DNA from: Macrostomum lignano
Lineage: Eukaryota
Assembly (NCBI GenBank): GCA_002269645.1
Contig: NIVC01000744.1
Location: forward strand, 124,001 to 188,000
Direction: 5' to 3'
DNA: 64,000 bases
Positions 1 through 11,367 of this stretch are shown here, one piece after another (the stretch's first letter is position 1; each line of letters starts with the position of its first letter). The position numbers and the translations under genes are program-made. The notes under the pieces are model-generated. The model searched no databases. It worked only from the letters and a program-made list of their open reading frames with translations, and was not told the DNA's origin.

Positions 1-1500
1 CCCAGTGCTTGTGTGCATTAAGGTCGCCCCCATAAGCACAACTCAGTGTTCCGGGATTCGCAATATTGCGCAAGGCGCAGCAAGCCTTCGGGGTAGGGTC
101 CCTGTCACCTGGAATATAAATCAAGGTAACAATTGGCACGTACGCATAACGAGATGATCAGATTGGATGACACAAAGGTCTCCATCTGAGAGCTTGGTCC
201 TCAGTCAAGCTTGGAGATGACTGGGTGGTGGAGGATGGCCGCTCTAGAGCGTCTGTTACATGTCAGAGTAGCCGGAAGGAATTTTGTGCAATTTACCGTT
301 GCGCATCCAAGGTTCCTGGATCAGGTTGAGGCCTTGCCTGTGCAGATTTACAGACGCAGTAGATGTACTGACTCTGTAGCTTAACTGTACTGCATTAAAT
401 GCTATTCTGGCGCGAACCCCGAGGCCATCAAAAAGACTTGTACAGCAGCTCTCTCTTGTCCCAGGCCGTCGGGGTTTGTCCGGGAGATGGCAGTTGGTCT
501 ACTTCTACAGTCGCAACCCCACCCCCCGCCACCCGACAGAGTCCTCGGGCTCCGATGACAAAATGGAGGTTTCTCCATCTGAATTTTTCTCTCCGACACC
601 CCCCCTCAGAGTGGTTGAGGAGAGCAAAGAGCTGAAGAACCTGTCTCCGGAGCTGCCAGAGCCCAGAGCCGTCGGCACGATCGCTGAATCGCCGTTTGTA
701 GAGGGGCCTTTAAGATCGGCCTGTGACTTTCCTTTTGCCTCTGACTGCGCCTAACCCCTGCCGGAGATGCTGCAGTTGGCAGCAGCCTTCCCTTTGGCAG
801 ACTTTCCTCGGCGCATCTTGAGCTTTAGGGCACCCAGCTGGAAGGAGGATTCGTTAGGGTAACCGACTCGCCCAAGCGTTGGAAAGGACGAGGACAGTTG
901 AATTGCCCGTTTCCCGACTGCGGACCTTGCCGTGATACACCAATCCACTAGCAAGGAGGTCGGGATTCAGGAGCAAAGGACAACGTGGCTACCTTGATTT
1001 TTATGGCTCCGGTTGGATCTACCGGCGTTTCCTTGAATTGAGCTTGGGATTTAGAAGGTTTCCTATCTCTAGTTAGAAGGTTTTGATCCATAGCCGGCTC
1101 AAAGGCCATGGTGAAGGTTGGTGGGCTAACTACGAAGGAGTGCGGTACCCAACCGCCCGCTCCACCTGACCGGGCAGTAGGCCAAAAGATCCCCCAAGGC
1201 TTGCACGACACCAAGAGGGGGACCGCTAGCGATCGCAGCCCATCAGCGCTGTGAACACCTTAGGCAACCTTAGACGAACCCCATACCCAAATTCGGCCGG
1301 AGCCAATGGATAGGTCGCCAGCGCGGGAACATGTACGAGCTACCTTGGGTCGGCTTGCCAGACAGCTTTGGGGAGTCTGCGGCTGCCAGAGGCGAATAGA
1401 GCTAGGGCACAGACCTCCCGCCAGCCTTGACCAGCAGAATAGGGCGGGGGGGGCAGGCGTGAAGCATCGCAGATCATAGCCCATATGTCTAGTCTGTCTC
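1..1500 (-). mobile_element. Degenerate non-LTR retrotransposon (LINE), AP-endonuclease N-terminus plus probable ORF1 remnant; LOA/R1-like; truncated by the window edge
   Basis: Manual minus-strand translation of ~390..1 gives APE motifs in order across stops and frameshifts: NL-IQEPW (~324-307), SRAAIL, LSDGDLCVIQ, RLAQYCESRNTEL and GDLNAHKHWG (~31-1). Upstream ORF fragments (751-954, 948-1214) resemble a decayed ORF1. The 5' boundary is approximate. Confidence 0.75.
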
Positions 1501-1998
1501 ATACTTCATAGGCATGCTAAAACTCCATAGCGGTCTTTAGGCGCCTTAGGTAAAGCTTATTGTTCATTGCATAAAGACAATTTTTCGTGTGTTAGGTTAT
1601 CCGCCAAATGACATAATACTCATTTTTATTATTATATTCTAAACTTCTACTCGCTCGTATGCCCGGCAAAACTACGGCACAGAAAACCCAGTCTACAATT
1701 GGAAGCAGGAAGAGATGAGGTGTAAGTACATAAGCAAGTAAATCCTGAGTCAGGAGTTTGAAGAGCAGAACATTGGTTTCCTTTCTTGTTTTCGAAGACA
1801 ATAAAAGCATCAAGAAGCCTTTGTTGCATGTGAAGAATAATATGTGACCCTTGAGTTCGTGAATCGCTAGTTGAGTTCACGCGATATCGTGGCTTAAGAT
1901 AGTCATGTGAACAGTAACTGGCGAACCAGCAAGTACCGAAGTTGAGCACTGGGGCCTAAAATCTTTGGTGTACCTGAAGCATTGGAAGCTCTTTTCAG

Positions 1999-2474
1999 GC
2001 GTCGCTGGTCAAAGCGGCACTAGCGGCACTAATACGGTGTCACCTCGAAGCGACAGCATGGGCTACGGCGGCTCTAACGGCCAGCCAGGTTACACTGACG
2101 TCGGCGAAACTCCGTCAGGCGACAACCACGGTGGCCCCGGCGCCGGCTGGCGCGGCAAGGCCGTGATGACTCGTCGCGATAGCAACTGCGGAGAGCAGGG
2201 CGGCGGCCTCGCTGACGGCTGGACTGGCGGTCGTGGCGGCAGCGGCGGCGGCGACGGCGGCTTCGGCGGAGGCGGCGGCGGCGCCAGTTCCGAGGGTGCC
2301 GGCGGCGGCGGCGGAGGCTACAGCGGCGGCGGCGCCGGGATCATGGAGGACACGGCCGGAGGCGGCGGCGGCTCGTACTGCGCTGGAGTTTCCTGCAGCG
2401 GCAGCAGCGGAGGCAACGCCGGCAGTCAGCACGGGTCGGTGACGATGGACCTGATTGGCTGGGTCTGCGACTGA
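1999..2474 (+). CDS. Terminal exon of an ALK/LTK-type glycine-rich domain (GRD, Gly_rich_2-like) protein; 5' exons not identified, probably left of the window
   Basis: Acceptor ctcttttcAG ends at 1998. The ORF contains GPGAGW...GGFGGGGG...GGGGGYSGG...GGGGSY...GN..HGSVTM, the motif order of the ALK/LTK GRD C-terminal half. Stop at 2474; AATAAA at 2694-2699. Confidence 0.7.
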
Positions 2475-2914
2475 GAGAGGCCTGGCAAGGATCAGGTTTA
2501 AGGACTTGTGGAGTTGCTACGAACGTAAAATGCCGTACAGAGCCTTATTGAAGCACTAGAAACACAAGATCTTAGGAAATTCAGGATGGCATAACTTCGG
2601 TGACTTTCTCTCCAGGAACTCGACGTAAACTCAACTTAGTTTTGAAATTTTTATGAGCTTTGAACTTAACTTTGACGAATCAATCAAAAATTAAATAAAC
2701 TAAAATGTCAAAACAACATGATTTGTTAACTAGTTTTCAGTCAGTCAGTTTTAAAATCGGTCAGAAACCAACAACACATTGATTTGAACAATCTTTAATC
2801 CAATCTTGAATTTATTTGTTTGACTTCAAAACTCCACGCCTCACTCAATTAATTCACAGGCAAAATTACATGGCACCCCTTGATAGTATAGCTTTGACGT
2901 CCCCGGTGCTGGCG

Positions 2915-3378
2915 CCACTCGAATGAAATTGCACCACTCGAATGAAATTGCACCACTCGAATGAAATTGCACCACTCGAATGAAACGGCACCCACTCGAA
3001 TGAAATTGCACCACTCGAATGAAATTGCATTACTCGAATGAAATTGCACCACTCGAATGAAATTGCATTACTCGAATGAAATTGCACCACTCGAATGAAA
3101 CGGCACCCACTCGAATGAAATTGCACCACTCGAATGAAATTGCATTACTCGAATGAAACGGCACCCACTCGAATGAAATTGCACCACTCGAATGAAATTG
3201 CACCACTCGAATGAAATTGCATTACTCGAATGAAATTGCACCACTCGAATGAAATTGCACCACTCGAATGAAATTGCACCACTCGAATGAAATGGCACCC
3301 ACTCAAATGAAATGGCACCTAATAAAATGAAATGGCACCTAATCGAATGAAATGGCACCCACTCAAATGAAATGGCAT
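2915..3378. repeat. Minisatellite, 19-bp unit (ACTCGAATGAAATTGCACC)
   Basis: Visible tandem array with variant units at the right end. Confidence 0.95.
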
Positions 3379-5564
3379 CTCAAAAAGTGAAGCACAGATG
3401 CCTAGCCTGTAAAGCAGACAAAGCCCAGCCGATGGGGCTACCTTAGGGCTTTACGGGAGGGGAATAGAAGGCTTAGAGGTCAGGCTGGCGTAGACCTGTA
3501 ATGGTGGTAAAGGCCGGCTCACATTCCTGCCAGCAGCTCTGCGCATCGAAGAAGGTTCGAGTCATTGTTGCCAAGTATACATTGATTTACTTGGTAGACT
3601 AGCGGAGCTACTGGCGGTAATTTGAACCTGCCTTAAGAGTGAAGTGTCGGGCCAAATGACACACAGAGCTGGATTTGGCTCATCCGAGAAAAGACACACT
3701 GGTACAACGGTACTTTGTGTTTTACTAATTTTACCATTTGCCATGATGACCATGTCTACTAGCAAAAATCTATTTCTAGGTCACAAGCACTTTTGTTAGG
3801 ACAGAAAACTCGGATATGGCTAAAGTTTTGTCTTTGCAAGTGTGCCAACATTTTTTAAGTATCCTCAGCACTGATTCAACATGTATGGACACGCACAGGC
3901 CTTGAATGAAATTTAATTCTCGAATGAGAGAGCAAATCAATGCCCGATCCAGTGTTCCAGCATCGTGCCAATGATTCAAAAGTCTGGAGACATTACCGCC
4001 CACCGGAGTTGAATGGGAGCTCCGCCTGTCCCCGGCTTATTGGCTTCTCGGCCAGCGGCGGGACACAAAAACGGATCGGAGGATTCGTCACGTCTCCATC
4101 CGCAATGAGATAACTGGCCAGGCCCGGGCGCGGCAGTTTTCCTAGACATCCCACGGTGTCCGGGACTTATTGGATTTGGACGGGTGAGCCTCGAGTGCTG
4201 AGCAAACAAACTCGCGGGCCCAGAGCCGGGAGGGGGGCAGCTGCCGGCTCCGAACTGCTGAGATGAAGAAAAGAAAATTGAAAACAGCGCCCGGAGGTAG
4301 GCAGCCTCAAGACGGAGACGCTGTTGCTGGGGCGGCATACAAACAGGTGCATGGTTCGAGGGCGGGACGGAATGTCGGTCACAGCTCCGTGTCGCAGAAC
4401 ATCGCGGATACGCGTAGGGACAAACACGCGCGCCTTTCTGTATGAACTTCATGCATCAGTAATCGTTCTGTAAATTCTGATAACCAACATCTACGGACGG
4501 TAACTGCTTCATCTAATAAATCCTTAAAGTACGCTCTGCATCCAGGGTTAGAAACTCAAGTGTACAGCAAGCTTGATTGGATCACAAAGTGCACATCAGT
4601 TTACAGAAAAAAGTATTATAGGTCTGATTGCGTTCAGTTTGTAATGGCTTTAGACAGGGACTGCTTGAATGGTGCCTGGCTTCAGATGTATTTCAAACGA
4701 TTGATAGGTAGACAGGTAGCAATTATCTTTGCTTACAGCTTTTTTTCTTATTGGATTGCTGAGATTCACTATTGAATTTTTGTTTTAATAAATGGTAGGA
4801 AAACTTAAGGGGACATTTCAGTTATAGACAACGCAGAATGGCATTAGGATTTGACTTGACTCTAGAAGTACGTAAAGGCGTACGTAATGTGGTGAGAATA
4901 ATAGAATATAATGTACATCGGAATTGAATAGGCTCTCAGTTAACATAGAGACAGAACCGCAAGCGCAACTCTTTCAAAAGAACTACTTGGTATTAACAGA
5001 TCTACCGAGACTAAGCACGGCACGGCACGTAGTGCAGGTTAAATTCCGGGACAGTGGGGGCAAACTTTTGATTTCGCATCGTAATAAACAGAATATGTCA
5101 AATAGTAATTTTTCGAGGGTCTACAACTGCGTGAGGGAACAAATTACTGACGTTTAGTTTCAATTAATTAAAGTTATGCAAAACGGTTGTTAATTTCGAA
5201 ATATTCAACAATTATTGACGCGACGACTTTGACGACAATTCTGCCCGTTTCACTGACTCCTGAGCATACGAAAGGTGTCAATACTGTACGCTCACACAGG
5301 GTGCACAGTGCCGGCTGAGCGTCTCAAAGGTCTCAAATGCTGCTTGCTGACATGCACTCAAAAAATGACGATTTTGGAGTGCCACGATGTGTTGCCCTTT
5401 TCTGGCGCAGAACCAATGTAGAGAGGGGGGTCTTCCACTGTAACATAGTGACAACGACTGAAGCAGTTGCTATAGTAATGTTGGCTATGATTGCACTATA
5501 TAATCCTATAGAGTTATCGCTTTTGAATGGACTCAAAAACTGCTCCGCAGGGCGCTTCCGCCGG

Positions 5565-7895
5565 TCAGTCGTTAGCGCCGCCGGCCTCGCCGGGCTGCAG
5601 CAGCCGCACGATGCTCGGGTCCGACTTCGCCCCGTCGATAAACTCTTCGACAGACAGCCGGCCGTCCAGGTTGCGGTCCATCTGGCCGAAGATTTTGTCC
5701 GTCCGCTTCTCCGGCGTCAGCTCGTCCTCCGGTATGTCGGAGACGGCGCCCATCATGCTGTAGATCGCCTGCGGATGGCGGATGAAGGGCTTGAGGAGAC
5801 TAAAAAAATCTCAAAAATGTGACACCCAGCTAACTCGGGTTTTGCCGAATTAATGAAAGGAAGTCAGGGAGTCGGATAGCAGGCAAGTGGATTCGGGGGT
5901 AAGGTAATCTGAGCGGAACCGGAGCGATTTGAGAAGAGTCGCGGGTCTCGATCCGCTTAGAGCAGCTCAAATTTGATTCAGAAAAAAAGTGATTTTTACC
6001 CGAACTGAAATTTGAGTGAGCTGCAGCGGGCATTTGGCAAAGGAGCACAGCTAATTAAAGCGCGTGACACTTCGAATTCTGCCGAGGCCCAGTTTCTCAA
6101 GATCGAAATTGAAGATATTTAGCAATGAAAGTAAATTTTCTTTGCGGGGGCCGTAGCCCAGCGGTAGCGCAGCTGCTCTGGTGTGCCGCAACCCAGGCTC
6201 GATTCCAAGTGCAGCCACATTAATTTGGGGCTGGATTGGAATCTTGGCTTGGTTCGCTTAACGGCCTTGAGAGCCAACCCCCCCAAGGCGCAGTGAAGTG
6301 TACATGCCTAACAATTGATAAAGTTAGGGCCGCTGTACACTCCTGTGTGAGTGTGTGCCTGCGTAACGTATCCGCGCGCTTGTATGCCTGCTCAGGGGAG
6401 TCGGCGGAATGGGCAGTAATGCCTCTCGCCGGTTGTGTGACAATGTCGCTTAAATTGCGCCAGGGTGCACACAACCCCCCTGCCTCTAATAAAAAAAAAT
6501 TTCTTTGCAAAAATGTGTCTTACGGGTGGAATTGCGGAGATGTCAAGACTGAGAGGTCAGAAGCTACGTGTAGTTTATTAAAAAAAATTGATTCTATTTT
6601 TGTTGGCTCCCAAACAGGGGTCGCTGCTTGCTAGCTTTCTTTAAGGCTAAAAACAGAAAATGCAGCAGCTCCTAAAAGGTTCTGTTCGAATGGCTAAAAT
6701 TATATTACAAACAGCCTCAGTAGCAGTTGGTTAGTACTTCTTAATACATCTCTAATTCATGAATACTCTGTCATGGCTTTATCACAACGCCTGGATGCCC
6801 ATTAGGATTAATGAGTGTCTGTACGCAAACACGCGATTGCATTTGAGTTCACGATTTCGGCCGAGTTTACAAAACACTTTCCCTGATGTTTGCTAGGATA
6901 ATTTTGACCTCGGGTCTGGCAATGTTCCCTGTGCGAGTTTTGCTAATCTAATCCATCCATTTCTGTTTGGACACTTGGCCAAGTTGGGCAAGTTGGTGGA
7001 ATTAAACCAATCAGTTTAGCTCAGCTTGTTCTTTAGGAACTTTACACTTGATTAGTTTATCATGCATCTCTGTGAAGCTACGGTAATTTCATGAAAGACT
7101 TGAAATATGTTTTTTTAAACTAAATGGGCTAGATAAGAATCTTCTGCTTCGAAAACTACGAGTAACTTTTGCTATTTTCCTGGTATCGCGACTTCTCAAA
7201 AGCGTTCTGCGAGTGTGCGTTTTCCCCGAGACGGTAGTTGATTAGCTACTTTGTTAACTACTAAAGACTGGTGAATGTTGATCGCTAACTGGATCTCCAG
7301 GAGTTGGCTCACACCCCCAATCGAACACGTACTAGCCAAATTACCTGTGATAATGTGATCAGTTTAATATAACAAAAAGAAAAACTATCTTTACAAATGC
7401 TTTTAACTCGAAACGGGGACTCTTCGATGAAGTTTTGACTCGCTCCTTAAGCCTTAAGCCTGAAAAACACTAGTGGCCATAGAAATGCTGCACAAACACT
7501 CTGATACTCTAACGCACGCGCACGATCTCCAGCATCTCCTGACGGCTGATGAACCCGTCGCCATCAAGGTCGTACATGGCGAAGGCCCACGTGAGCTTCT
7601 GCTCCAGGCTGCCCCTTGAGGTGACGCTCAGGGCGCAGACGAACTCCCGAAAGTCGATCCGATCGTTCCCGTCCCGGTCAAAGGTGCGGAAGACGTGCGC
7701 GGCGAATCTGGTGGCGTCGCCGTTAGGAAAGAAGCTGGCGTAGATGCGCTGGAACTCCGACCGGGTGAGCTGACCGCTCGGGCAGTCCTTGAGGAAGCCG
7801 CGGTACCAGCTCTGCAGCTCGGCCTCGGTGAACTGCGTCTGCTGCGTGAGGTCGCGGAGCTCACGAGGGCTCAGCTTCGAGGACTTGATGCCCAT
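5565..7895 (-). CDS. NCALD: Neuronal calcium sensor, neurocalcin/hippocalcin (VILIP subfamily)-like, 193 aa; exons 7895-7518 and 5768-5565
   Basis: MGIKSSKL myristoylation-type N-terminus, DCPSG disabled EF1, loops [24 protein letters not shown] and [12 protein letters not shown]. Phase-0 intron after codon 126 (CGC|gtgcgt...ccgcag|GCG); 378+204 nt. Exact orthology (NCALD/HPCA/Nca) cannot be resolved by eye. Confidence 0.93.
6147..6217 (+). pseudogene. Degenerate tRNA-like sequence (pseudo-tRNA or SINE head) in the neurocalcin intron
   Basis: Perfect A-box TAGCCCAGCGG (6154-6164) and one-mismatch B-box GGCTCGATTCC at tRNA spacing. Acceptor, T and anticodon stems are mispaired. Confidence 0.35.
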
Positions 7896-9285
7896 GGTCT
7901 GGCGGCGTTGAAACGGTGTGTGAGTTGTTGGTTTGAATCGGCCAGAGTCCAAAGTCCCTCACGCAAATAAATCGTTTCCAGACTCCCCGTAGCCTCATTT
8001 GCTGCCCCAGCCTCAGCCTGAAGCTCAGAGTGCTGGGAAAACCAAAGCCCAATGAGAGAGCGGCGCCTTCACAGCTTATGAAAGATCGTCTATCTTCCAC
8101 GCCAGACGGGAAATTCATTCTTCTCCAGTTTATCTGTCTTTCTGCCTTTCCCGGCTTCCAAGCAAGGCCCTTCGTTAGTTTGCGCCGCAGAACCCAGGCA
8201 GGCAGTCTGGCTTGGAGCAGCTATTTAGCTTTGTGAGAAAATGATTTCTTTATTCGAATAAGCCTATAAGCCAGGCCTGAGATTTATGGCGATTTAGTTG
8301 GAAAATAACTCGGTTCAAGAGAGCTGGGATATCAATCAGGCCTTGTAAACTGTTTTAAATTTTTACAAGCCAAGATTCGGGTAAACTGTTGATTGATAGC
8401 TCATCAGCTCAAATTGTCGTGAGTATCCGGAAAGCAGTGCCGGCTGAGAGCGCAGACCGCATTTTTTCTGTCGATATTCTTCAAAAAACCCAGCCAGCTC
8501 AGACCGATGCCGGAAGCTGTGCATCACAACTGAGGCAGCTGCGTGCAAGTGGCGGAGGCCACTCGGAGTATCCGGTCATAGTTAACCCACCCCCACCCCC
8601 TCAGGACTTCGCGAGCTCAATTGGGCAGCCTCTGTGTGCGCCTGGATGGAGCTTTGAAATTGAGCACTTTAACAAAAAAGTAATAATTTATATTTTGCGC
8701 ACGCAACTGTGCTATCATATTATAGAGGTACTTTGGGCCTGGTGGTCTAAGCCCGAGTTCTTTAATTATATTGCAGAATCAAGCAGTCTGGAGCGCCCGT
8801 TTAGCGATAACTTTGAATTAAATTTGAATCCAGCATACTGAATCTGGATAAAAAATACTTGGCCCACCAGTAAAGTAGGCATTATGGCATCCAAACGAGT
8901 ATATTTGGGTCTTTATTCTCAGACCCAGTAAATCCGGTGATTCCTAGAAGCATCAAAGCCAGCACTGGGCCAGCCAGGCAGACTACCAATGTGAAACAGG
9001 CCGCAACTCCGGTGATGGGCGCAGCGGCCGCTGCTCTGCGTTGGTCTTATCTGTGCTACGTACGTAGCGCGTTTTCTCGTGCATTAATTATTCATTTCGC
9101 GATCTGAAAACCAGCCGCTAGCCAAGGCATAGGGCTAGCATAGGTTAGGCTTAAGGAAAGGGGGGGGCATCTCGGTTGTCAAGGCAACTGAGCTCCGTGC
9201 GTCTCCATCGCCGGCCCGGCAGAGTTTCAGAGTAAAAAAGCGTTCCGCAGTTCCCCGACGGTCAGAGATAACGGAGCAGCACAGC

Positions 9286-11043
9286 ATGGAAGAGCAGGCG
9301 GAAGCCATGGCCGAGGCGGTACTGCAAGAGGCTCAGTCCGAGGCGGCTGAGCAGTTTGAGTCGTTTCTTCAAGGCGACAATCAGGTGGAGAACGTGCCCG
9401 ACAGAGCCAGTCAGCAGCCGCAGGACCCTCCGACCGCGTTTGGCGGCAAGAAGAAAGTGCGCAAGCGCAACAGTCGAGTCTCGTTCGAGTTTCCTTCGGC
9501 CCAACCGGAAGACAACTCAGCAGAGGCGGACAGCCCAAAGCTGCAGGAAATGAAGAACGGGAAAAAGACGAGAGAGGACAAGTCTAAGATTGATTATGAC
9601 AGCCAAGAGTCGCAGGACAGCTGGAAGGCTGAGGAAATGGAAAATATTTCAGGTAAAGCAGCAGATGCGGCTGCGTCTGAAAGTGCACCAGCTAAGCCAG
9701 AAGAGCAGAACACCGATGCTCAAACTTACGATGTCAGCAGCACAGTGGCAGACGTGGAAGAAACAGCAGAACCAGCGGACTACCAAGACGCTGCAGCCGC
9801 CAGTAAATTAAATGCCGATGCTGCAACTACAGAGACTGGGTCAGCAAATCAATGTCACTCTCCAACGAACGAACTAAGAAGCGAAGCCCAGGGTGCTGCA
9901 GAGCCGGGGGGAGCACCAACCAGACTGCCGATAATTTGCGAACCAGAGTTAGACACGGCTGAAGAAGATCATGCAGCAAGTGACGAAGAAGCAAAGTCTG
10001 ATGATGAAGGCAGAAGTGACGGAGAAGCAAAGTCTGATGATGAAGGTAGAAGTGACGGAGAAGCAAAGTTTGATGAAGGCAAGAGTGACGGAGAGGCAAA
10101 GTCTGATGATGAAGGCAGAAGTGATGAAGAAGCAGCTGATCGTCCGATAGGACATGAAAATGAAGAGAAACGGGCAGACTCGAGCAATAAGGCAATTGAA
10201 AGGAAAGCTGGTGAGCATGCCGGCTACAATGACCAAGAAAACCGCGAAGCTGAGGATGCGTATGAAAGCATACAAAGAGACGGCAGAGACGCTGCTGGAG
10301 ATGAAGAGCAAGCGATTGATGAGGATACTACTGAAAGAAACAACCAGGAATGCGAGCAAGAACAAACAACAAGCAAACCAGAACATGATAGCGGCAATGG
10401 AGATACTTACAAAGCTAACCAAGATCCGGAAACTGAAATTCCGTCAGGCAAAATCGATAATGACATTGAGGAGGCCAAAGCTGCTGAGGACTCGCCAACT
10501 CAGCGAGTTGAAAGCGAACCAAATGTGAAGGAATCCTCAGCCAGTCAGCCGGCACCCCCAGTCAGCAAAGACCGCAGCATAAAGTACGAAGAGTTGAAGC
10601 GGAAACTGGAGAGCCTGGCGGCTTCAGAGGAGCCAACATCGGGTGCCACAGAGGCGTCAGATGAGACACCAGATTGGCTGAACCTCAACAGCAACCGACG
10701 GCGGCGCGGGCCCGAAGCAACCAACGGTCAGGCTTCGCCAACAGCGAAGCAGCTCAACAAGGAGCAGATGCGGCGCAGCACCAAGTACCAGCAGCAAGGG
10801 CCGACGAGCGAAGAAAATCAGGAAGCTCCTGTAAGTGGGGAGCTGCCGCTGCAGCGTCTGCAGTCCGAGGAGGAGGCAAAGACGGCTATGATGCAAATTG
10901 AAGCGGAAAGCGCGGCGGACCTCCTGGATGCTCGAAGCGGCGGCGTTGACGGAGGCGAGAGCGGCAGGCGTGGCTTCTTCTGCTGCTTCAAAAGCTGCTT
11001 CACCAGAAATGCAGTCTGTCCCACAGACAATGAAAGCGTTTGA
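9286..11043 (+). CDS. Uncharacterised intronless acidic low-complexity protein, 585 aa
   Basis: 1758-nt ORF not explained by a nucleotide repeat, with E/D/A/S/Q-rich composition, an ATG start and AATAAA at 11283-11288. Motifs: KKKVRKRNSRVSF (N-terminal), a short predicted helix KYEELKRKLESLA, and C-terminal RRGFFCCFKSCF. Confidence 0.75.
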   Translation: MEEQAEAMAEAVLQEAQSEAAEQFESFLQGDNQVENVPDRASQQPQDPPTAFGGKKKVRKRNSRVSFEFPSAQPEDNSAEADSPKLQEMKNGKKTREDKSKIDYDSQESQDSWKAEEMENISGKAADAAASESAPAKPEEQNTDAQTYDVSSTVADVEETAEPADYQDAAAASKLNADAATTETGSANQCHSPTNELRSEAQGAAEPGGAPTRLPIICEPELDTAEEDHAASDEEAKSDDEGRSDGEAKSDDEGRSDGEAKFDEGKSDGEAKSDDEGRSDEEAADRPIGHENEEKRADSSNKAIERKAGEHAGYNDQENREAEDAYESIQRDGRDAAGDEEQAIDEDTTERNNQECEQEQTTSKPEHDSGNGDTYKANQDPETEIPSGKIDNDIEEAKAAEDSPTQRVESEPNVKESSASQPAPPVSKDRSIKYEELKRKLESLAASEEPTSGATEASDETPDWLNLNSNRRRRGPEATNGQASPTAKQLNKEQMRRSTKYQQQGPTSEENQEAPVSGELPLQRLQSEEEAKTAMMQIEAESAADLLDARSGGVDGGESGRRGFFCCFKSCFTRNAVCPTDNESV

Positions 11044-11367
11044 CCGTAAAAAATTATTCCAATTCGCCGAATTTTTTCTTCTTTTGAAAGATATTTATTT
11101 AAATGAACGCGCGATGCGACCGATATATGAGTGACAGCTGTGCTCGCATCACTTAGCTATTGTGCATAATTTGACTTGACTTGAATTTTGTAATCTACCC
11201 CAAGCACCAAACAGTTTAAGCTGGACTAAAAGGCAGCGCTTCGAAGCGTTGCAAATGGATTGATGGCTCCTATTTTCTCTAAAATAAAACAACCACAGGC
11301 GCATTCAAACTGCGAAGCGCGATATTTGTTTTCTTAGTTTTATCACAAATCTGTTACTAAAATTTAG

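Noticed and set aside
3400-4460. GC-richer block with several short minus-strand ORFs, possibly a transposon relic
   Set aside because: I found no recognisable domain motif in the frames translated; a tBLASTx/Dfam search is needed.
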